A stretch of 19,153 bases of DNA from Cyanobacteria bacterium J06626_4. Lineage in GTDB: Bacteria > Cyanobacteriota > Cyanobacteriia > Phormidesmidales > Phormidesmidaceae. The notes beneath the pieces were generated by a model. The model did no database searches. It was given only the letters and a program-made list of their open reading frames with translations, and was not told the origin of the DNA. Below, one piece after another: positions 9,881 to 16,634 of the stretch. Made by a program: the position numbers and the translations under genes. The stretch covers positions 1-19,153 of the forward strand of contig JBCBJQ010000110.1 in assembly GCA_038523235.1 (NCBI GenBank). The letters run 5' to 3'. Within the stretch, counting starts at the first letter, position 1, and each line of letters starts with the position of its first letter.

Positions 9881-10378
9881 AGCCGCAAAGGCGTGAAGCC
9901 CTCCAAGAGATTAAAGTCTAGAGCGTGAATGGGTCGTGTGCTGTGCGACCGAAGGCTGCTATCAATGGAGGGGAATCCCCTTTAAACGGTTTGGCGACTG
10001 CAACAGCAGCCACTGTTCCTGCCCCCAAGCTGTCATCGTCGTTAAGGCCTGCGGTTGACAGGTTTCCAGTATTTTTTACACAATGAAGTTGGCAGGGAGT
10101 GCTTAATCTGCTGATCCATGTTCAAGCAAGCTAAAGACGGGACTAATCTCGTTGTTCATAGCTTCAAAAGTTGAAATCGGGAGTCTTTGCCCGCTCAAAG
10201 CGGCTGAAGCCGAGTTCCGACTTCCTCAACCTGCTCAAATTCTCCCTGAAAATCTTTGCTGATTTCACCAATGGGCTGGTAATTGAGCGCACCTAAGTGA
10301 GGTGTCGCTTGACTACGGTGTTCATGGCTTCAAGACGGGCGTACTGGCTGTCAATTCTCCTGGATTCTCGTCGGCATC

Positions 10379-12877
10379 GTGATGTCTCGCCCACCCCATG
10401 TTCCCTCAAACAGCCTGAACTTCTCGGATTGCTTACGCAGTATCGTAGCGTCCGAAAGTGAGCGCTTTTTCAATAATTTGTTGATCAGCATCGTCGTGCA
10501 CGCGGCTGATGGTCGGGTTGCCTACTGCAATGAGGCTGCTCAAAGCCTGTTTGGCCCCATTACTGAATCGCCCATTGCTCCAAACAATTGGGTGTACTGG
10601 AGCCAGCTCTACCTTGTCGGCACCGAGACGCCCTATCCCCCGGCGCGGCTCCCAGCAACCCAGGCACTGCAAGGGCAATCAGTCTGCCTCCAGGATGTCG
10701 AATTGCATCGAGACGATGGCCACATCCGGTTGCAGGCGAATGCTCTGCCGGTTCGTAACGAACAGGGGCAGATCACTCATGTGATTGTCGCCTTTGAAGA
10801 CATAACGGACAGGGCACAACCAACTGTCGAGATCCAGGCTCCTGACTCTAAGAGTCTGGAACATCAGGCCATGCAGAGCGAGGCGATTCTCAGAGCCATT
10901 CCTGATCTGATCGTGCGGCTAGGCCGAGACGGTCGCTTCATCAGTCGGGTGCGCAATAATCCTGACATCGATATTTTGCTCCCCGGTGATGAGCCGATTG
11001 GGTGTCCCCTGGAAGACTACCTGTCGGCAACTGCCGCTGCTCAGCATCTGGACTACATTCAAAAAGCGCTCGACGATCGCACGGTACAGATGTTTGAACA
11101 AGTGCTATCTGTGCAGGGGCGGACACAGTACGAGGAAGTCCGCATCGTCCCCTGTGGGCCGGATGAAGTGCTGGAAATTATTCGGGATATTAGCGATCGC
11201 AAACTGCTTGAGCAATCGCTGCGGCAGCAAGAAGAGCAGCACCGCCGCATCATCGAAGCCCTGCCTGATTTGATGTTTCGAGTTACGTGCGATGGCTATC
11301 GGTCAAGTTACGTGCGCACCAACGCCACGATTGACTATATTGCTGATGACTATGATCCGATCGGGCAGCATCTGTCTGAGCATATGCCCGCCGAGGTGGC
11401 GCAGCAGCAGCTTGAGAAAATCCGTTTAGTCGCGACCACCGGTCAGATGCAGGTGTTTGAGCAGCAGCTCAGGGTTAATGGCCGAGTCCAGCACGAAGAA
11501 GTGCGGATCATTCCCTACAGTGCGGAGGAAGTGCTTTTTATCGTGCGCAACATCACCGATCGCAAAGCCACTGAGCTGGCGCTACAGCAGAGTGAGGCCG
11601 AAAACCGTGCTATTGTCGCAGCGATGCCCGATTTAATGTTTCGACTCCATCGCGATGGCACCTTTTTGGGGTATTGCAAAAGTGGCAAGACTCACGATCT
11701 TTTAGAGAATGTGGCCGATCCCGTGGGGCATAATATTTTCGATTTTGCCGATACTTATCTGCATCAGAAGACCCACATTGAACGCAAAATGCAAGTCGTC
11801 AGCCAAGTGTTGGCCACAGGTGAAATGCAGGTGTATGAGCAGCAGACTTCCGTCAATGGCGACATTCAATACGAAGAGGTGAGAGTCGTCCCGAGCGGTG
11901 AGGATGAGGCGCTGCTGCTGATTCAAAACATTAGCGATCGCAAGGTAGCCGAACAGGCGCTGCAGCAAAATGAAGCGCAAAAAGCGGCCATCTTGAAGGC
12001 GATTCCTGATTTGATGTTTCACATGCGTCAGGATGGTCTGATCCTCAACTATTTGAGCGGCGCTAATTTTGCTGATCTGTGTGCCCCTGGGAGCCAGCAG
12101 ATTGGGCACAACCTCAAGGAGTATGCCACCACCGATGCCTTGAAGCAGCACATCAACCAAAAAATGCAGGCCATGCAGCAGGCTTTAAGTACCGGCGAGG
12201 TGCAGCTTTATGAGCAGACCATCGATATCGGTGGGGTGCCGCAGTATGAAGAGGTGCGAGTGGTTCCCGTTACGGCTGACGAAGTTTTGGTCATGGTGCG
12301 AGATATTAGTGAGCGCCGCCGCATAGAACTCGAACTACGTTCAGCCAATGAGCGATTAGCCGAGCTTTCCCTGACAGATTCCCTCACTACCTTGGCCAAT
12401 CGCCGCCGCCTCGACGAGCACCTGGACCGCGAATGGCAGCGTTCTAGCCGCGAACAGCAGCCCCTCTCCTTTATTCTCTTTGATTTAGATTTTTTCAAAC
12501 AGTTCAATGACGCCTACGGGCATCAAGCGGGCGACGATTGCTTATATCAGGTGGCCCAGGCGGCGTTAGCGGCGGTCAATCGCGCCGCCGATCTGGTCGC
12601 TCGGTATGGAGGGGAAGAGTTTGCGGTGATTTTAGCCAATACAGAGCTAAAGGGGGCTTACACCATTGCCCAGCGTATCCGCGACAACATTGTGCAGCTC
12701 AACCTGCCCCATGCCTCTTCTCCGGTTCACACTGTGGTCACTGCCAGTCTGGGTGTCAGTGCGATCGTGCCCTCACCTGAGACGTTGCCTAACGTGTTAA
12801 TTCGTCAAGCTGATCAGGCGCTCTATTCGGCCAAACAGGCGGGCCGCAACAATTGTCAGTGTTTTATCAGTCGTTAG
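10379..12877 (+). CDS. Multi-PAS diguanylate cyclase (GGDEF family)
   Basis: One N-terminal PAS domain plus four repeated PAS units, then 'DSLTTLANRR', 'DLDFFKQFNDAYGHQAGD', an RxxD I-site (RAAD) and GGEEF at 12608-12622. There is no EAL domain and no transmembrane segment. Confidence 0.93.
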   Translation: MMSRPPHVPSNSLNFSDCLRSIVASESERFFNNLLISIVVHAADGRVAYCNEAAQSLFGPITESPIAPNNWVYWSQLYLVGTETPYPPARLPATQALQGQSVCLQDVELHRDDGHIRLQANALPVRNEQGQITHVIVAFEDITDRAQPTVEIQAPDSKSLEHQAMQSEAILRAIPDLIVRLGRDGRFISRVRNNPDIDILLPGDEPIGCPLEDYLSATAAAQHLDYIQKALDDRTVQMFEQVLSVQGRTQYEEVRIVPCGPDEVLEIIRDISDRKLLEQSLRQQEEQHRRIIEALPDLMFRVTCDGYRSSYVRTNATIDYIADDYDPIGQHLSEHMPAEVAQQQLEKIRLVATTGQMQVFEQQLRVNGRVQHEEVRIIPYSAEEVLFIVRNITDRKATELALQQSEAENRAIVAAMPDLMFRLHRDGTFLGYCKSGKTHDLLENVADPVGHNIFDFADTYLHQKTHIERKMQVVSQVLATGEMQVYEQQTSVNGDIQYEEVRVVPSGEDEALLLIQNISDRKVAEQALQQNEAQKAAILKAIPDLMFHMRQDGLILNYLSGANFADLCAPGSQQIGHNLKEYATTDALKQHINQKMQAMQQALSTGEVQLYEQTIDIGGVPQYEEVRVVPVTADEVLVMVRDISERRRIELELRSANERLAELSLTDSLTTLANRRRLDEHLDREWQRSSREQQPLSFILFDLDFFKQFNDAYGHQAGDDCLYQVAQAALAAVNRAADLVARYGGEEFAVILANTELKGAYTIAQRIRDNIVQLNLPHASSPVHTVVTASLGVSAIVPSPETLPNVLIRQADQALYSAKQAGRNNCQCFISR

Positions 12878-12968
12878 CGGCGAGGGGACGCTTTAGAAGG
12901 TGTCCTTCAGTGGGCGCGATCGCTAAGCACAAAGTCAATACTTTTGGCACAGGGATTGAGAGATCTTT

Positions 12969-13346
12969 ATGAGACTTTTAATAACGGCCATCGTCACTAC
13001 AATCGCGCTATCAACTTCGGTATATGCCGATCCTGAACTCCCTGCGGTCAGAAAGATCCGGTTTGATTTAGACCAGCTTGATGAGGCCGGGCTGTACGGC
13101 TTAGATGATGGCAAGCGATCGCTGAGTTATGAATTTTGTGTGCCCAATGATTTGCACACAATTCGGACGGTGCAAGACATTGACCCAACGGTCATTATTT
13201 ACCTACAGTCGCCGGGACGCATTGGTTGCAGTCCGTTGGAAGTGTTGGCGATTGGTGAAACCTACCAGCCCAACTACCGTGACGTGTTGACTACCCTGGC
13301 GAGTCTAGACGCCATTGAAAGCATTGAACAGTTTTGGGGTGAGTAG
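12969..13346 (+). CDS. Small exported hypothetical protein
   Basis: The N-terminus looks like a signal peptide (MRLLITAIVTTIALSTSVYA). It is a clean 125-aa ORF with 'SYEFCVP' and 'SPGRIGC' motifs. Confidence 0.7.
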   Translation: MRLLITAIVTTIALSTSVYADPELPAVRKIRFDLDQLDEAGLYGLDDGKRSLSYEFCVPNDLHTIRTVQDIDPTVIIYLQSPGRIGCSPLEVLAIGETYQPNYRDVLTTLASLDAIESIEQFWGE

Positions 13347-13516
13347 CGGTCGGGCAGCGTCTTTTCTCAGTGATCGGACTCCTGATGCAATCTTGGCAAT
13401 GCCGGGGAGCTGAGGAGTAGGGGAGCCGAGGGGCCGGCCAGATTTGTAGATTTATCTCAGAGAATCGGTATAAAGACCGCTAGGATAAACGGGCCACGAC
13501 TCTTCCCCTTGCTACC

Positions 13517-14326
13517 ATGCTGTCTGACTATGCCACCTGTTTAGGGACGGTGCGAGCCCAACATCCTCTGGTTCATAATATTACAAACTACGTGGTGATG
13601 AATCTGACGGCTAATGCTCTGCTCGCCGTGGGGGCATCGCCCGTTATGGCCCACGCGATCGCCGAAGTCGAAGAGATGGTGGGCTTGGCCCAAGCGTTAG
13701 TGATCAACATTGGCACCCTCAGCGACGACTGGATTGTCGCCATGCAAAAGGCGGTGACCCGCGCCCGCGATCGGGGGGTTCCCTATATTCTTGATCCGGT
13801 AGGCGCGGGCGCGACTCAACTACGCACGCGCACCGCTCAACAACTGCTGGCGATCGCCCCACCCGCCGTGATTCGTGGTAACGCTTCCGAGATTTGTGCG
13901 GTGGCCCAGGCGACGGTCAAAACGCGCGGAGTTGACAGCACCCTCGCTGTTGAGGAAGCCCTAGACGCGGCCCGTAACCTCGCGCAGCAATTCGGCACGA
14001 CAGTGGTGATTAGCGGCCCAGTTGATCACATCATCAGTGCTGAACAGTGGGTCGAAGTGCAGAATGGCGATCGCATCATGGCCCAGGTCACGGGTATGGG
14101 CTGCACCGCGACCGCGCTGATGGGGGCATTTGTTGGCGCGACGGGAGCGGCCTCGCCGTTGACTGCTGCGGTGGCGACGATGGCGACCATGGGCGTCGCT
14201 GGAGAGCTGGCTCATCAGCAGGCGCAGGGACCCGGTACGTTTGTGCCTCATTTTATCGATGCCCTAGCCAACTTGACGCCAGCTGATTTAGTGGCTCAGG
14301 CGCGCCTCGTGCCGCACAAATCGTAG
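13517..14326 (+). CDS. thiM: Hydroxyethylthiazole kinase
   Basis: Motifs 'PLVHNITNYVVMNLTANALLAVGASPVMA', 'ALVINIGTL', 'LDPVGAGAT..R', 'IRGNASEI', 'GVDS' and 'VTGMGC' with the catalytic Cys. Confidence 0.95.
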   Translation: MLSDYATCLGTVRAQHPLVHNITNYVVMNLTANALLAVGASPVMAHAIAEVEEMVGLAQALVINIGTLSDDWIVAMQKAVTRARDRGVPYILDPVGAGATQLRTRTAQQLLAIAPPAVIRGNASEICAVAQATVKTRGVDSTLAVEEALDAARNLAQQFGTTVVISGPVDHIISAEQWVEVQNGDRIMAQVTGMGCTATALMGAFVGATGAASPLTAAVATMATMGVAGELAHQQAQGPGTFVPHFIDALANLTPADLVAQARLVPHKS

Positions 14327-14365
14327 CTGCCATTACACCCCTAATCGTCGCCAAGCTTTTATGAT
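14323..14365 (+). promoter_or_regulatory. NtcA-activated-type promoter: GTA-N8-TAC, 23 nt, TATGAT
   Basis: GTAGCTGCCATTAC(A) at 14323-14336 overlaps the thiM stop. The -10 element TATGAT is at 14360-14365. This matches the class II NtcA promoter architecture. Confidence 0.7.
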
Positions 14366-14388
14366 CGGTGGATGTTTTGGGAAGGCGT

Positions 14389-15339
14389 ATGGCCTCCAGT
14401 GAGGATTCGGCGATGACGATGACAGAGCAGGGGATCGATCCGCGGCAACTGCTAGTGGCGGCAGATCTAAAGCGTTTGAATGAACGTTCCAACGTGAAAG
14501 GCTTGAGCCAGCTGGCCGCTCATTTGACCGTAATGGGCCTCAGCGGCTATTGGTGGGCTACCCAGCGAGAACACTGGGCGATCGCCCTGCCGGCTTTGAT
14601 CCTCTACGGCTTCAGTTTGGCCACTATGTTTGCTGCTGTGCATGAATGTGTCCATCGCTCCGCCTTCGCCAGTAATCGCCTCAATGATAGTGTGGGCTGG
14701 CTGGCGGGCGTGCTTTCGGGCTACAACAGTACGTTTTATCGTCGCTATCACAAATGGCACCACCGCTATACCAAAGTGCTGGGCAAAGATCCCGAGTTAG
14801 AAGACCTAATTCCCGCTACCTGGACAGAGTATCTCTGGGTGATGACTGGTATTCCTTGGTGGATCGGCAAGATTAAGGGACATTGGCAGGTCGCGACGGG
14901 ACAGTTTGAAAATATGCCCTACTTGCCTGAGACGGCCTATCAGGAAGTGCAGCGATCAACTTGGTTACAGTTGGCCATCTATGGCGGCGCGATCGCCCTC
15001 TCGATCGCCGTCGGCCAGCCTTGGTTTTTGCTTTACTGGGTCCTGCCCCTGGCGATTGGTCAGCCGCTGCTGCGCTTCATCCTAATTGCTGAACATACCG
15101 GTTGCCCTGATGGGGATAATCCCCTGACGAACACGCGCACCACCCTCACCACTTGGCCGATCAGGCTGATGATGTGGAATATGCCCTTCCACGCGGAACA
15201 TCATCTCTACCCATCTATCCCCTTTCACCAGCTGGCAGCCGCTCACGATGAGCTTTCCTTGCACTTTGCCTATGTGGCACCGGGCTATGTGGCGGTGAAT
15301 CGTGCTGTTGTGGCCGACTTCGAGCCAGCGGCTTCATGA
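14389..15339 (+). CDS. Membrane di-iron desaturase/oxygenase-family protein, rhizopine-oxygenase (MocD)-like
   Basis: Three His boxes HECVH, HKWHH and HAEHH, plus 'DPEL', 'AEHTGC', 'NTRTT' and 'WNMPFHAEHH.YPSIPFH'. The start is ATG 14389 or ATG 14413 (GAGGA SD upstream). GTG 14368 would lie at or before the predicted transcription start. Confidence 0.85.
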   Translation: MASSEDSAMTMTEQGIDPRQLLVAADLKRLNERSNVKGLSQLAAHLTVMGLSGYWWATQREHWAIALPALILYGFSLATMFAAVHECVHRSAFASNRLNDSVGWLAGVLSGYNSTFYRRYHKWHHRYTKVLGKDPELEDLIPATWTEYLWVMTGIPWWIGKIKGHWQVATGQFENMPYLPETAYQEVQRSTWLQLAIYGGAIALSIAVGQPWFLLYWVLPLAIGQPLLRFILIAEHTGCPDGDNPLTNTRTTLTTWPIRLMMWNMPFHAEHHLYPSIPFHQLAAAHDELSLHFAYVAPGYVAVNRAVVADFEPAAS

Positions 15340-16352
15340 GCACATCTGCCCAATCATTCACGCTGCAGAATTTTGAGCTCCAGTGTGGTGTCACTTTGTC
15401 AGAAGCCACATTGGTGTATCAGACCTACGGGGAGCTGGCGGGCGATCGCGCCAACGTCATTTTGTATCCCACGTCCTACGGGGCACAGCATTCAGATATT
15501 GACTGGCTGATTGGCGCAGACCGTATTCTCGATCCAACCCGCTACTGCATCGTCATGCCAAACCAGTTCGGCAACGGTCTTTCTACCTCACCCAGCAACG
15601 ACTCGAAATGCAGCCTGGCGGAAGATGGCTTCTGGTTCACCCACTATGACAATATTCGTGCCCAAGCACAGATGCTGCGCCAGGTCTTCGGGGTGGAAAA
15701 ACTGGCGCTGGTCTATGGCTGGTCGATGGGGGCACAGCAGGCTTACTACTGGGGCACACATTATCCTGACCAGGTGGAGCGGATCGCGGCGATCTGCGGC
15801 ACGGCAAAAACCACTGACCACAACAAGATTTTTCTCTGGAGCTTGCGAGCGGCCCTCACCGCCGACCCCATGTGGAACGGTCATGGCTTTGATGGCGTGC
15901 CCGATCGCGGCTACCGCGCCTATGCTCGCATTTATGCCAGTTGGGCCGCCTCGCAAGCCTATTACCAAGAACAGCTCTATCGACAATTTGGCTATGACTC
16001 GCTGGAGGACTATCTATTGCGCGGCTGGGAAGCGGGCTATCGCCGGCGCGACCCCCATAACCTGATCGCGATGATTGACACCTGGCTCCGGTGTGACGTT
16101 GGCAATACGCCCGTTTTTCAAGGCGATTACACCAAAGCGCTCAGTACGATTCAGGCGCAGACGTTGGTGATGCCTGCAGCCACGGATCTCTATTTCACGC
16201 CCGCAGACTGTGCCGCTGAAGCCGACCTGATTGCCAGTGCTGAATATCTTGCCATTCCTTCCATTTGGGGCCACCGTGCCGGTAACCCCTATCAAAACCC
16301 TGAAAATGAAGCGTTTATTCGACAGGCGATCGCGGCACTGTTGCAGCCCTAG
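15336..16352 (+). CDS. MetX-fold alpha/beta hydrolase (homoserine acetyltransferase-like, MekB-type esterase subfamily)
   Basis: Motifs 'FELQCGVTL..ATLVYQTYGEL', 'LDPTRYCIV..NQFGNGLSTSPSN', nucleophile elbow GWSMG, Asp in 'TDLYF' and His in 'WGHRAG'. It has an ATGA overlap with the upstream gene. Confidence 0.85.
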   Translation: MSTSAQSFTLQNFELQCGVTLSEATLVYQTYGELAGDRANVILYPTSYGAQHSDIDWLIGADRILDPTRYCIVMPNQFGNGLSTSPSNDSKCSLAEDGFWFTHYDNIRAQAQMLRQVFGVEKLALVYGWSMGAQQAYYWGTHYPDQVERIAAICGTAKTTDHNKIFLWSLRAALTADPMWNGHGFDGVPDRGYRAYARIYASWAASQAYYQEQLYRQFGYDSLEDYLLRGWEAGYRRRDPHNLIAMIDTWLRCDVGNTPVFQGDYTKALSTIQAQTLVMPAATDLYFTPADCAAEADLIASAEYLAIPSIWGHRAGNPYQNPENEAFIRQAIAALLQP

Positions 16353-16540
16353 GTGTAGATTCAATCAGTGCTGACGTGTCGCGATTGCTTGAGCCAGTAG
16401 AGAATTTGGCAGCGTGACTGACTGGGGTGGAGCAGCGGTCAGTTCAAGTGCCTCAACCACTGCCATCAGCTTAGCGTGTTGTCTTGGGCGCGATCGCTTC
16501 AAATTGCTATACCCTCAACCGCATTCGAGCCGTGAGCTTG

Positions 16541-16554
16541 GTAATGTCGGCTAC
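16541..16554 (+). promoter_or_regulatory. Putative NtcA box (GTA-N8-TAC) upstream of glnT
   Basis: GTAATGTCGGCTAC lies 80 nt upstream of the ATG. Only an imperfect -10 (GAAGAT/AAGATT) is present at 22-23 nt spacing. Confidence 0.5.
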
Positions 16555-16634
16555 TAACAGGGTTGACGTCTCGCTAGAAGATTGGGCTGCCTTGACCTTG
16601 TTTTTCCAGCCCCAACCTTTTCATCCCTACCCCT

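Noticed and set aside
9855..9925. c-di-GMP-I (GEMM) riboswitch suggested by GAAAG...GCCGCAAAG upstream of the cyclase
   Set aside because: The distance between GAAA and GCCGCAAA is too long, the P1/P2 stems do not form, and the first part lies inside the ABC ATPase coding sequence.
10069..10079. GTA-N5-TAC in the cyclase upstream region as an NtcA site
   Set aside because: The spacer is 5 nt, not 8.
13375..13435. Possible TPP riboswitch before thiM (CCTGAT, GGCAATGCC and GCTGAG fragments)
   Set aside because: The fragments are in the wrong order (CTGAG should precede CCTGAT), and the GCGNAGGGA 3' element and P1-P5 pairing are missing.
13446..13486. Possible NtcA box upstream of thiM (GTA-N8-TCA, then TAGGAT)
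   Set aside because: The right half-site is TCA rather than TAC and the spacing to the -10 is 21 nt, which is too degenerate to call.
15336..16352. Naming the hydrolase metX
   Set aside because: It lacks the HALTG motif and has no methionine-pathway context. It fits a MekB-like paralogue better.
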